Source of the DNA: a virus
Length of the DNA stretch: 36,122 nucleotides
IMG/VR virus record: IMGVR_UViG_3300009285_000035
Coordinates: 1-36,122 of that record
Reading direction: 5' to 3' (one strand)
Both the position numbers and the translations under genes were made by a program. Under the pieces are notes generated by a model, which was given only the letters and a program-made list of their open reading frames with translations, was not told the origin of the DNA and did not search any database. This document shows positions 7,865 to 17,234 of the stretch, piece by piece. Each line of letters begins with the position of its first letter. Position 1 is the first letter of the stretch.

Positions 7865-10800
7865 TGCCAGACCGAATAACAGTACCGCTTGACACCGACC
7901 TGGATGGGCGCAGTGCTCAGGGCCGTGAAGCCACACGGCTGCAACGTCTAGCACGGTTGCAACAGATAGCTGTGCGCATTAGGACTCCAACGCCAACCCC
8001 ACCAGCCGATGGGCAACGCCTGACGCCCAGTTCGGCTATCAGAACAATTAGTCAATGGCCGCCTGTCCAATTTGCAAAGGGGTTGGGGCAGCAGGTGTTT
8101 AGGGGTGGCCTTGGGACTGAGTGGGTCATAACACCTGAGAGGGTTGCGCCAGGAGCCATAGTAACTGAGTTTGAACAGCCTAGACAACCTACCAGTTTTG
8201 CACAATCTCTTGGCCTTCTCGCTGGTTCCTTTATTCGTCCTCCTGCTATGACAGCAGAGGAGTTACGCCAGTCAGGTGCTTTGGGGATCCCCTTGGCCTT
8301 TCCTCCTGCGGGTGTTGTGGGTAGGCTAGGAGCCTTGCCTGGTGAACTGAGGACAGCGGCAACACTGCCAGCGAGTATTGCACGCAGGGCCACGGCAACG
8401 GGCTTGGCGAAAGTGGGCCAGCCTGGTGCTGCCTTACGAGTTATGAGCAAGCCACAGGTGGCAGGAGCGGCATCAGCAAGGCCCAAAGCTAGGGTAGCCG
8501 CTGGTGCACCCAGCACGTTGTCGGCATCCGTGCAAGCGCAATTACGGGACGTGAAGCCAGAAGCACGGGAAACGCAAATCCTTGCTATCCAGAGAGGACT
8601 GCAATCACCTGGGCAGAAGATTGCGATGATCAAGTTCCTGGAAGATTTAGGAACAGCACCCTCTCCCAAGCCAAGTGTGAAACGTGTTATTCCAAAGGAA
8701 ACCCCAGAGGAAGTTACGGAACGTATGCTTTCCCCATTAGCGACAGTATATGCGAGAAGGGAAGCGAAGCAAGCTGCTGTGGCCCAAGCGGCTCCACTAC
8801 CTCCGCCTGTCCAGAGGCCATCTGTAGCCCCTGCTGGTGCGCCTCCTGTACGGCCACCAATACGGCCAACAGCCGTAGGTGCGCCAGGATCAGAGGAGTT
8901 CGCAGGCAACATTCGACTGTCCAAATACTCAGAAGAGGCCAGAGATATTCTCAAGGAATGGGCTGACGCAAACCCAGATGTGGTTCAATCTGCTAGAAGA
9001 GGTATTCGGAGTGATGCTCAAATTCTCGAAGATGCCAAGTGGCTAGACACTCAAAGACTAGCGGGGCGGTGGAAGCCTGGCACGGCCTACAATGCAGAGG
9101 AGATTACGGCTCTTCGGGGTGCTTTGAACAAGGAGAGCCTTGCCATAGCCGAAGCCAAGAGAGCCATTACTGCTGGTGTAGACACGGCCGCGAACAAACT
9201 ACGCTTGCAGGAGGCATTCTATAAGAGAGCACAGTTGCAGGAATCTGTCCACGGGGTTTCAAGTGAAACGGGACGTGCTCTCCGTGCGCATCGCTTGGCT
9301 GCCAGCGAAGCACTGCAAAGCGGAGATGTGCAGAAAATCAATGCCATTTTGAAGGAACTTGAGAATAGGGTCTCCACAGAGAAACTTCTGACAGCGATAG
9401 AACATGTTGACTTAGATAATCCTGCACAGGTGGCGTCTCTTATCAGGGCGTTCACAAAGCCGAAGCTGTGGGAATATGGGCTTGAGGTCGTTATCAACGG
9501 CTACCTGTCAGGGCCAACATCTCACGAGATCAACAGTTTGAGTAATGCTGCTATGGTAAGTATCTCTCCTGCACGTAGGGGCATTGCCGCTACAGTCGAG
9601 GCAGTTGTAGCGCCGCTTCAGGGTCGGACTAGACAGCGATTCTTTGCGGAAGTACCTGCCGACATCATGGGCGCTATCCAGGGTATCCCAGAGGGTGCTC
9701 GTGCCTTTCTTTATACAATGAGAAAGGGCGCTGCTCCCTCCGTGGCCGCCAAGTACGAACTACCCAGAATACAGGCTTTTAAGGGCCCTCTAGGGCATAT
9801 TGTGAACCTACCGAGTCGTCTGATGGAGGCGGCTGACCAACTCTTCTACCACATCAACTACAGAGCCGCAATGAATGCCGAAGCCATCCGCATGGCTCGG
9901 CTGAATCCTAAAGGTCTTAGCAGTATAGAGCGGATGGCCGAAATTCTTACCAATCCAACTGCGGAGATGATGGGCAAAGCTAGAAACACTGCCGAGCGCA
10001 ACCTTTTCCGTGATGATCCAGGGAGTTTCATCAATGGGCTTATGGCACTGCGGAGCATAGAACTTCTGGGCCTTCCACTTGGGCGTTTCCTCTTTCCCTT
10101 TGTTCGCACGCCGTCGAATCTGCTGAGGCAAGGACTACGGCACAGCCCTGCTGGGCTAGCCAACCCGAAGATGTGGCAGAGCCTCATTGCACGTGACCCT
10201 GAGTTTGCCGACAGAGTGGCCGAGGTAATTCTTGGTACGGGCATTGCTTCTGCCCTGGCACTCTACTTCGCCAAGGGAAACATTACAGGCCCCGCACCGA
10301 CAAATACAGCCGCACGGGACGCTTTTTATAGGTCCGGCAAACTTCCCTTTGCCATCAAGATTGGTAATACCTGGGTGCAATACCGACGGCTGGAGCCGTT
10401 CAATACTGCACTAACAGAAATTGCGGCTGTAATGCAAGCCATAGACGAAGGTGATGAAACCAATGCGGCTGAGAAGGCTGGAACAATCGTCTCTTCTATA
10501 GGCAGGAACTTCTTGGATCAGCCGTACATGTCAGGAATCGCATCAGTTATTGAGGCCATTGAAGACCCAGACGGGTTTGGGGCGACTTTTCTTGAACGGT
10601 TCGCAGCGGGGATTATTCCCTATAGCAGTGCCCAACGGCAAACCGCAGCTATGCTTGAACCAACATATCGGCAACCAAAAGGTCTGAGGGAACGGATGAT
10701 GGTTCAGACCCCAGGGCTTGCCGAACGGGTGCCTGCACGTCTGACGGCATTTGGTGAAGAGGCGAGGCGGACATCCCCAGCAGGGTTTCCGATTGCCTGG

Positions 10801-11229
10801 TCAGAGGCACAAGAAGGTGCGGTTGAAGCTGAATTGACCAGGTTGGGTATAAACATTGGGTTTGTCGGTAAGACGATAGGAGGGAAAGAACTTACCCGTG
10901 AGCAACAGCAGGAATATCAGAGACGGGCAGGGCAAGCTGTTTATGATGCTCTCGTGCGACTCATTTCATCATCGGCATATCATCAATATAATGACTTCAC
11001 AAAAGAGAGGGCTATCAATAGAGCGGTGAATTCTATTAGGGAGCGAGTGAGGCAACAAACAAGCAGGGCTGTAGTCTCACCCACAGAGGTAACGCTGGGT
11101 CAGGAAGCACCGCCCACGTATTTGCCTGGGCCTGCGGCTCCTGCTGGTTCAGCGGCTCAAACTCGGCTACAACGGCTGCAAGCCATAGCGGAGCGGTTGA
11201 AGCAACAGCCAGTAGGCGCAACCCCATGA
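7864..11229 (+). CDS. Very large (1121 aa) virion or internal protein of unknown function, with an Ala/Pro-rich N-terminal third.
   Basis: TAATG coupling to the upstream gene. One uninterrupted ORF. Located between the portal and the scaffold. The 300-aa antisense ORF at 8052-8954 is judged spurious. Confidence 0.6.
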   Translation: MPDRITVPLDTDLDGRSAQGREATRLQRLARLQQIAVRIRTPTPTPPADGQRLTPSSAIRTISQWPPVQFAKGLGQQVFRGGLGTEWVITPERVAPGAIVTEFEQPRQPTSFAQSLGLLAGSFIRPPAMTAEELRQSGALGIPLAFPPAGVVGRLGALPGELRTAATLPASIARRATATGLAKVGQPGAALRVMSKPQVAGAASARPKARVAAGAPSTLSASVQAQLRDVKPEARETQILAIQRGLQSPGQKIAMIKFLEDLGTAPSPKPSVKRVIPKETPEEVTERMLSPLATVYARREAKQAAVAQAAPLPPPVQRPSVAPAGAPPVRPPIRPTAVGAPGSEEFAGNIRLSKYSEEARDILKEWADANPDVVQSARRGIRSDAQILEDAKWLDTQRLAGRWKPGTAYNAEEITALRGALNKESLAIAEAKRAITAGVDTAANKLRLQEAFYKRAQLQESVHGVSSETGRALRAHRLAASEALQSGDVQKINAILKELENRVSTEKLLTAIEHVDLDNPAQVASLIRAFTKPKLWEYGLEVVINGYLSGPTSHEINSLSNAAMVSISPARRGIAATVEAVVAPLQGRTRQRFFAEVPADIMGAIQGIPEGARAFLYTMRKGAAPSVAAKYELPRIQAFKGPLGHIVNLPSRLMEAADQLFYHINYRAAMNAEAIRMARLNPKGLSSIERMAEILTNPTAEMMGKARNTAERNLFRDDPGSFINGLMALRSIELLGLPLGRFLFPFVRTPSNLLRQGLRHSPAGLANPKMWQSLIARDPEFADRVAEVILGTGIASALALYFAKGNITGPAPTNTAARDAFYRSGKLPFAIKIGNTWVQYRRLEPFNTALTEIAAVMQAIDEGDETNAAEKAGTIVSSIGRNFLDQPYMSGIASVIEAIEDPDGFGATFLERFAAGIIPYSSAQRQTAAMLEPTYRQPKGLRERMMVQTPGLAERVPARLTAFGEEARRTSPAGFPIAWSEAQEGAVEAELTRLGINIGFVGKTIGGKELTREQQQEYQRRAGQAVYDALVRLISSSAYHQYNDFTKERAINRAVNSIRERVRQQTSRAVVSPTEVTLGQEAPPTYLPGPAAPAGSAAQTRLQRLQAIAERLKQQPVGATP

Positions 11230-11390
11230 ATCTTCGTTGTCCCAATGAGGAATGTAAGCGATTTCTGGTCAAGGACTTTTGGGGAACGCAGGCCGAGTTC
11301 AAGTGTCGTTGTGGATGGATTGTCAGAGTTACCATACCTATAGCACTTGACAAAGCCCTGGCAACTAGAGTAGTCTCTGTTTCAAACTAA
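11226..11390 (+). CDS. 54-aa zinc-ribbon micro-protein (CPNEEC...CRC).
   Basis: ATGA overlap with the stop of the 1121-aa gene. Four Cys are spaced as a ribbon. Not in the ORF track because it is under 60 aa. Confidence 0.45.
   Translation: MNLRCPNEECKRFLVKDFWGTQAEFKCRCGWIVRVTIPIALDKALATRVVSVSN
11347..11376 (+). promoter_or_regulatory. Sigma-70-type promoter: TTGACA, 18-nt spacer, TAGTCT.
   Basis: Perfect -35 at 11347-11352. The -10 (TAnnnT) is at 11371-11376. It shares CTTGACAA..GCC with the promoters at 27523 and 28970. Confidence 0.5.
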
Positions 11391-11411
11391 ATATCAAGAG
11401 TTCCCTTGAGG

Positions 11412-11462
11412 AGCCGCTGCGGAGCGACCATGAGTCGCCTTCGTAGGCGGCTTCTTTATTTT
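11412..11462 (+). terminator. Intrinsic-terminator-like compound hairpin with a U-rich tail.
   Basis: AGCCGC (11412-17) pairs with GCGGCT (11447-52). An inner stem is GCGAC/GTCGC. TTCTTTATTTT follows. Confidence 0.55.
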
Positions 11463-11487
11463 CGGGGACTACTGATAGGAGGAAAGA

Positions 11488-12264
11488 ATGGTACTGGAGA
11501 AAACGGACGAACCGCAGGTTACGGAGGAACTGGTAGCACCTGATATCGAGTCCACCACGGAGCCTGTCGGGGAGAAGGAGATTGATTACAAGGCCGAGCT
11601 TGAAAAGGCCCAGGCCACAATAACAAATCTTGGGGAGCAGGCTAAAAAGCTAGAGCACCAACTGGCATCAAACGCAGGGGTTTTGAAACAACGGCTGGAT
11701 TTAGAGGCTTCCTTGGGACGTATTTACCGTCGCCTCGACAGTCAGACCGAGATGATTCAAACCCTGGCCCAGAAGCAGGCGACTGGTGACATAGAGGGCC
11801 TGCCCGTCTCATTAGCCAATATCCAAAGACGCTCTCAGCAGGAGGATGCACAGGACACCATCCACGTGGAAATCAACGAAATCTGGGCAGAGTTGCAAGA
11901 AGAGGCTGATGATGCAGGGCTCAATCTTGCTACTGCGCCACAGCTCGCTGGTGTGAGGGCGTTATGGAACCAGGGCTTTGCAGACCCCAATAAACGCAGC
12001 ATGAAGGATATGAGGACAGCGTTACGGGAGGCAAAGCGGGTCAGGAGAGAAGTGCAGCAATCTCATATTCAGAGTCAAATCAAGCAAACAGAGGAAAGGG
12101 CCAACGAAAGGCTCCGTAAGTCTGGTGTGGTAAGCACGCCAGTACCTACGGCAGCGGGACGGGGCGCTGGTTCCGACGCAGAGATTGAGGCGGCGGTAGC
12201 CGCAGGGCGCATTGCCATGACTCCTGAGATAACTGCTAGGCTGAACAAATACTGGAGTAAGTAA
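11488..12264 (+). CDS. Putative scaffolding protein.
   Basis: Strong RBS TAGGAGGAAAG. Highly charged, with a predicted coiled-coil composition. Lies immediately upstream of the capsid gene. Confidence 0.6.
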   Translation: MVLEKTDEPQVTEELVAPDIESTTEPVGEKEIDYKAELEKAQATITNLGEQAKKLEHQLASNAGVLKQRLDLEASLGRIYRRLDSQTEMIQTLAQKQATGDIEGLPVSLANIQRRSQQEDAQDTIHVEINEIWAELQEEADDAGLNLATAPQLAGVRALWNQGFADPNKRSMKDMRTALREAKRVRREVQQSHIQSQIKQTEERANERLRKSGVVSTPVPTAAGRGAGSDAEIEAAVAAGRIAMTPEITARLNKYWSK

Positions 12265-12275
12265 GGAGATTCAAA

Positions 12276-13145
12276 ATGGCTGTTGGAGACACGACCACTA
12301 CACAACTGGCAGATAGCTTAAATACCATCGTAGCTTCTGCTAGGGCAACAAGGGAATACGGGGGTGTGGTACCCCAACTTGTGGACGCCACGACTCTGGA
12401 TACGGGTTCAGGGACATCGTGGAAAGAGATTCTCTTTGCACAACTGAACGCAATGGCGATTACGGAGCAGACTCGGAACGATAACCCTCAAGCATACGTT
12501 GACTCCGCCATCACCATTACACCGCAGATGGTGCAGATCTCAACGTTTATCACCGACAAGTCTCGGCGGAACGTATCGAGGAAATCCCTGGCCCAGATGG
12601 GCAAGCTACCTGGCGAGGCTCTTGTGAGAAAAGAAGACCAGGATGGTCTGACTGCTATGGATGTCTCGACTCAGATGGGGGCAACGGGAACACCCATTCA
12701 GACGGGTGATGTTGCGTCTGCTCGGTACCTCATCACATCCAATCCTACCGAGCCAGGCCCACTGCCCGTAGCAGGTGTATTCCACGGGTATGTCATTAAG
12801 GATATGTATGACGAACTCGTGGCTGGAGTTGGGACATATCCCATTCCAGAAGGTGCGACGGCTCAGGTATTCAAGACAGGCTTCACCCTGCCCATAGCCA
12901 GCGTATCCATAGTGGAGGACGGAAATATCTCTATTGACTCTACGCCAGATGCCAAGGGGTTTGTCTTTTCTAAGATGGCCTGGGTGCTGGTCAGGGGCAT
13001 GGCCCTCAAGACCGAGACAGAACGCAAGCCTGGTTGGGGTGGTGGAGGCGACCTGCTGTTTATGACTTCAGAGTATGCCTATGGGCAAAGAGGCGGCGGG
13101 AGTTGGAGCCGTGAGATCATCGCCGATGCGACAGCGCCTGCATAA
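12276..13145 (+). CDS. Major capsid protein (HK97-fold-like).
   Basis: RBS TAAGGAG. 'ITITPQMVQISTFITDKSRRNVSRKSLAQMGKLPGEALVRKEDQDGL' follows the pattern typical of HK97-like capsid proteins. Position after the scaffold fits. Confidence 0.72.
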   Translation: MAVGDTTTTQLADSLNTIVASARATREYGGVVPQLVDATTLDTGSGTSWKEILFAQLNAMAITEQTRNDNPQAYVDSAITITPQMVQISTFITDKSRRNVSRKSLAQMGKLPGEALVRKEDQDGLTAMDVSTQMGATGTPIQTGDVASARYLITSNPTEPGPLPVAGVFHGYVIKDMYDELVAGVGTYPIPEGATAQVFKTGFTLPIASVSIVEDGNISIDSTPDAKGFVFSKMAWVLVRGMALKTETERKPGWGGGGDLLFMTSEYAYGQRGGGSWSREIIADATAPA

Positions 13146-13191
13146 GCAAGGGCTGTTTAACAATATGGGTTGGTAAAACTACGGGAATGTG

Positions 13192-13212
13192 TGCATGGCT
13201 GGAAACCATGCA
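13192..13212 (+). promoter_or_regulatory. Hairpin downstream of the capsid gene: 7-bp stem, 7-nt loop, no U-tract.
   Basis: TGCATGG ctggaaa CCATGCA. Confidence 0.3.
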
Positions 13213-13243
13213 GTAACAACTTCACCGAAAAGGAGAAAGGGAA

Positions 13244-14005
13244 ATGGCTCAAAGTGGATATGGACGGATAAGGCTCTTCAATGATTTCTGTGGGCCTGAG
13301 ATACCGATAGCTACTGCGGTGGCATACGGTACAACGGCTGGCGGCTGCAACTATCGCCTATCGCCGTTTACGGTTCATGGAGACATGGCTGACACAGCCA
13401 CGGGCGTTATTGCCAATGCCGTTGGCAAAGTAGGCGGATGGGCACGGCTTTGCAGCTCGGCCACGACAGCAGACGGACAAGGGATATGGGTTGGTACGGA
13501 GTTGGACTTCAGCCCTGCCCTGACTGGCCCGATGGTCGTGGAGGCTAGGTTGGAGTTTCCAGCCTTGACTGCACGCGACTGCTTTGTTGGTTTTATGGGG
13601 ACATTGGCTGACGCTGCCGCAGAACCAGTCACGTTGACGGGCACTACCCTGACTAAGGTGGCTACAAACTATTGCGGTTTTGTGCTTGATAGTCAGCTAA
13701 CAGCTGCCACAGAGTGGCATGGCGTTTACAGCGGAGGCAGCACAACAGGCCCGACAGATACAACCGAGATGGACCTGGATGTGAACGCCACTGCTGCCGC
13801 GTCCCAGGTTCTCCGAGTGGAGATAGATACCAACGGTACGGCTCGGTGGTACATTGACGGAGAGTTGAAGCAGACTGTGGTTGGTGCGGTTTCCACCACG
13901 GCTCGCCAAGCGGGTGGGATAGGCATCTGGTCCACAGAGAACACCACGGGGCTTGTGGACATGGACTACCTGGCCGTCGAAGCCGAGCGTGATTGGACCG
14001 TATAA
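13244..14005 (+). CDS. Beta-rich structural protein. A jelly-roll, lectin-like or decoration protein is possible.
   Basis: RBS AAAGGAGAAAGG. Gly/Thr/Ala-rich. The function is a guess from position only. Confidence 0.55.
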   Translation: MAQSGYGRIRLFNDFCGPEIPIATAVAYGTTAGGCNYRLSPFTVHGDMADTATGVIANAVGKVGGWARLCSSATTADGQGIWVGTELDFSPALTGPMVVEARLEFPALTARDCFVGFMGTLADAAAEPVTLTGTTLTKVATNYCGFVLDSQLTAATEWHGVYSGGSTTGPTDTTEMDLDVNATAAASQVLRVEIDTNGTARWYIDGELKQTVVGAVSTTARQAGGIGIWSTENTTGLVDMDYLAVEAERDWTV

Positions 14006-14014
14006 GGATTGACA

Positions 14015-14485
14015 ATGGCTGATCCACAGGCCCCAGGTCAAAACCTACCTGGCTTGAACGCTAAAGGTGCATTTGAAGCCATAACGAGACGCGTGGTGGA
14101 GGATGAGCCGTGCTACTTGTTAGCCGAGTTAAACCTTCTCAACGCCAGTAACATGGCAAGGCACCGCTACCAGATATTAAAGGTAGTGAGGCGTGACAAT
14201 CTTGTCACGGCCTATATTGACCTGGGGCCTACCAGCCTACATAGGGTAGATGAGTTCACCATACCTGGAGGGTATGTCGGAGAGAACGGTAGGGGCTATG
14301 TATTCTCTACCGTTGGGGAGTTAAGGGAAATAGCGGACAGGATGCGAACATCTCCATTAAGGCGGGAAGTTGAACCCACCAACCTCAATGCGGCATACCA
14401 TTCGTATTTAGAGGAAAGAAAGCGGTTCAAGAAACGCCAATCCACATTTGGATATGGCGGAGTGTTGATAAGGGCAGGTGCGTAA
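14015..14485 (+). CDS. Hypothetical late protein. ATG 14015 is preferred over the track's TTG 14009.
   Basis: TAAGGA lies 5 nt before ATG 14015. TAATG coupling to the next gene. Confidence 0.6.
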   Translation: MADPQAPGQNLPGLNAKGAFEAITRRVVEDEPCYLLAELNLLNASNMARHRYQILKVVRRDNLVTAYIDLGPTSLHRVDEFTIPGGYVGENGRGYVFSTVGELREIADRMRTSPLRREVEPTNLNAAYHSYLEERKRFKKRQSTFGYGGVLIRAGA

Positions 14486-15123
14486 TGACTATGGCCGAAA
14501 AAGAAGCTCAACCCCTAGCAGCTTTTGCCTATAGAGAGGGTGAAGAGTTTGTTCCCCCTGGGTACATGAAGGAAGGGGATAAAGGGGATAAGGGGCAAGA
14601 CGAGATAGGCAACTATACCGTAGAGGAATTGGCCTTCAAGGGTTATGTGAAGGTGTGGGATAACCGCACGGGCGGGATGAGCTATCAGCCACGGTGGTTA
14701 CTCTGGCAGACCTTCCAGTTGAAGAGGGAAGATGGCTCGTTTATCTTCACCGATAAAGACCCGAAGATTCCACAGAACTACGGGCTAGACCTCGTGTGCT
14801 TGCTCCATCCCGACTCGCCTGATTATCCCATGCTAAAGGCTATGGGGTTCAAGCCTTGTTTGAAGCATCACACCCCTACACGGGCAGCCCTTGACGCCCA
14901 CATGCAGAAGAGCCACAAGAGGGCCTATGCAGCCATGCAAGACTACATGACCAAGAAGGAAAGGGCTGAGGACAGGGAACTGCAATTGGCTGCAATTCGG
15001 AGCAACCAGGAGCTTATACGGGCAATGGCAGGCAACGTGGGACGGCCTGCTGAAGCCGAGGCTCCATTGTACATAAGTGACAAACCCAAGAAGGCACGCA
15101 AGGCGAGGGCTTCTCGCCAATAG
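14485..15123 (+). CDS. Hypothetical late protein (212 aa) with a Lys/Arg-rich tail.
   Basis: Coupled start. 'CLLHPDSPDYPMLKAMGFKPCLKHH' may be a metal-binding site. Confidence 0.6.
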   Translation: MTMAEKEAQPLAAFAYREGEEFVPPGYMKEGDKGDKGQDEIGNYTVEELAFKGYVKVWDNRTGGMSYQPRWLLWQTFQLKREDGSFIFTDKDPKIPQNYGLDLVCLLHPDSPDYPMLKAMGFKPCLKHHTPTRAALDAHMQKSHKRAYAAMQDYMTKKERAEDRELQLAAIRSNQELIRAMAGNVGRPAEAEAPLYISDKPKKARKARASRQ

Positions 15124-15127
15124 ACAA

Positions 15128-15160
15128 CCTTTATTCACGTCCCGACGTTCGGGATAAAGG
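15128..15160 (+). promoter_or_regulatory. Hairpin that includes part of the RBS of gene 15170.
   Basis: CCTTTAT (15128-34) pairs with ATAAAGG (15154-60). The inner stem is CCCGA/TCGGG. The RBS AAAGGAG starts inside the 3' arm. Confidence 0.35.
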
Positions 15161-15169
15161 AGATAGACA

Positions 15170-15946
15170 ATGGCAATTCAACCGAACAGTTACAGAGGAT
15201 TTCGAGTCACACGGGGAGACGCTACAGGCGCACAGTTAGCGATTCTGGTTCCCGATACATATCGGGCTTTGCACTTTGCATCGGCGGCTGATGAGGCTAC
15301 CGACTGGAATGTATCGAACCCGACACACCCGACGTTCTACTTCCACAGCGAGACGACGCCCGCTACGGACTTTTTCTCCATCTCACATGATGGAACGACA
15401 GTCACCCTCAACCCAGCAGGTGCAACGAATGTCGCAATGAGTGGCGCAACGTTTGACCTTACGGTGGCCTCGTTAGCCGCAGCCGACATCGGGATGCCCG
15501 TGTATGTGACTGTCTCCGCACCCAATAACCAGTCGGGCATGGCGGCCTACTTCGACGTGACTATCAACGGGACTACGGCAGGCCATTGTTACGGGTTGGG
15601 TTCCTGGATAAACACAGGAGCCACAAGCCCCGTATTGGCGGCGAGTCACATCATCGTCCCCTTCGAGGGTGGCGTGTACACAGGCGAGGCGCAAGCCAAT
15701 GCCCGTATTGTCTTTGGTGGGCAGTACCAGGCAATCTTGACTGGCGCTCCCACCTCGCTGCACGCATGGCGGCTGAATGTAGCGGCTGCGGCTGGTTCAA
15801 TTACTGCGCTCATAGCCGCTGCCAATGCTGGCTCTGTTGGTTATGCGAGTGGGCAAACGGCGTCTGTAGCATCGGGCACTATCGCACTTGCCGATGTTGT
15901 TGGGACTGGCGTGGTTTATGTTCAATGCTACACCACCTCATCTTAA
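15170..15946 (+). CDS. Beta-rich, Ala/Thr/Gly-rich structural protein (258 aa).
   Basis: Good RBS. Located in the late operon. No recognisable motif. Confidence 0.6.
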   Translation: MAIQPNSYRGFRVTRGDATGAQLAILVPDTYRALHFASAADEATDWNVSNPTHPTFYFHSETTPATDFFSISHDGTTVTLNPAGATNVAMSGATFDLTVASLAAADIGMPVYVTVSAPNNQSGMAAYFDVTINGTTAGHCYGLGSWINTGATSPVLAASHIIVPFEGGVYTGEAQANARIVFGGQYQAILTGAPTSLHAWRLNVAAAAGSITALIAAANAGSVGYASGQTASVASGTIALADVVGTGVVYVQCYTTSS

Positions 15947-15958
15947 TGGGAGAATACG

Positions 15959-16051
15959 ATGAACGAAAAGATATGTACTAAATGCGGTTGGCCAGGCATG
16001 GTGGACAAATGTCTGAAATGTGGTGGAAAGATGAAGGAGTCTAAGCGGTGA
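15959..16051 (+). CDS. 30-aa zinc-ribbon micro-protein (CTKC-x8-CLKC).
   Basis: RBS GGGAGAA. Its TGA overlaps the GTG of the next gene (GTGA). Not in the ORF track. Confidence 0.45.
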   Translation: MNEKICTKCGWPGMVDKCLKCGGKMKESKR

Positions 16052-16503
16052 GCACAGCGAGAGCGACCAAGAGACGTGAGGCTAAGGCTGCTGCCAATGG
16101 GTATTTGCAAGTCCTGAACGCCGATATTTTCCATGCCATTGACCCATTGAAAAAGCTCATGGCTAAGGAACTGCCCGTGAGGACTAGCTTCGCCTTGGCG
16201 AAACTGGCGAACACGCTGAATGGGCATTTGCAGGCTATTGAAGTAGTACGGAATGGGCTTGTCCGCAAGTATGGGAAGCCTATGGAGGATAGACCTGGCG
16301 GCTTGCAGGTGGCTCTCGACTCTGTGGAATACCCTAAGTTCATTGAAGAGATGAACGAACTGCTTTCCGAGAAGGCAGATGTGGCTGCACAGAAGGTAAT
16401 CCTGCCAGTCACATTGGATGGCATGGGTATAGAGGCGAGTGTCCTGATGCCCCTGCTAGCCTTTATAGACATAGCGGAGGACGCACCCGTAGCGACAAAC
16501 TAG
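16048..16503 (+). CDS. Hypothetical late protein (151 aa, helical).
   Basis: GTG start coupled to the micro-ORF. Confidence 0.55.
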   Translation: MSTARATKRREAKAAANGYLQVLNADIFHAIDPLKKLMAKELPVRTSFALAKLANTLNGHLQAIEVVRNGLVRKYGKPMEDRPGGLQVALDSVEYPKFIEEMNELLSEKADVAAQKVILPVTLDGMGIEASVLMPLLAFIDIAEDAPVATN

Positions 16504-16567
16504 CCGTGATTAGCGGCTAGGGCTTCTGGTATATATATCCCGTAAACGGGACAGAAGGAGAACTGAA

Positions 16568-17218
16568 ATGAGTGAAGAGTTTGTACAAGGTTCGAGTCTT
16601 ATAGCGGTAGGGGCGGTCAGTCCTGCGGCCCTGAGCCGAGACAGGATACTGATCACCAGGGATGCCATTTTCCAGTGGAGAATGGAAGGGCGGAGTTTCT
16701 ATGTACAGCAGGGCGATGCGGGCACAAAACTCAACTTTGCAGAGACGGCCTATGACGAAGACCAGCCGCAGTTTGCGCTAACCGTGCCAGCAGGGGCGGT
16801 TTTGATCCCCTTGTCCCTCAACGTGACGCTGGAGGACACCACGGGAACGGAATTGCACCTGATTTGGTCTACTACGACCAACAACATTGGCGTGGGCACA
16901 TCTACACTTTTGACCCCCGTGAACCGACGCCGTGATGCGCTCTACTCCACCCCCGTTGGGGCGAACTCTCTGTACACGGGCAATGCCACGGCAGCTACAG
17001 GACTGATTGAGGTCAAACGTTGGTATCATGCCTACGCTCAGGTCGCTGTTTCGGATACCGATCAGACGCATCATAAGTGGACGATTGACGACCCTGACAT
17101 GCCCATCCTGCTAGGGCCAGCGACGTTGCAGATGCACGTCTACGCAACAGGCACGGCTCCACAGGGCTTTGGCGAGTACCACTTTGTTTCACTCGATGCC
17201 GCTTCGCTCGGTCTTTAG
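16568..17218 (+). CDS. Beta-rich structural protein (216 aa).
   Basis: RBS GAAGGAG. Followed by a terminator-like hairpin. Confidence 0.6.
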   Translation: MSEEFVQGSSLIAVGAVSPAALSRDRILITRDAIFQWRMEGRSFYVQQGDAGTKLNFAETAYDEDQPQFALTVPAGAVLIPLSLNVTLEDTTGTELHLIWSTTTNNIGVGTSTLLTPVNRRRDALYSTPVGANSLYTGNATAATGLIEVKRWYHAYAQVAVSDTDQTHHKWTIDDPDMPILLGPATLQMHVYATGTAPQGFGEYHFVSLDAASLGL

Positions 17219-17234
17219 CGATAACTGAATAGTA

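Noticed and set aside
8052-8954. 300-aa minus-strand ORF. Other long antisense ORFs are similar: 4526-5380, 3525-4308, 21848-22652, 22460-22963 and 33989-34540.
   Set aside because: All lie fully inside longer, motif-bearing plus-strand genes. They have Pro/Arg/Ser/Gly-rich low-complexity translations, which is typical of antisense frames in GC-rich coding DNA.
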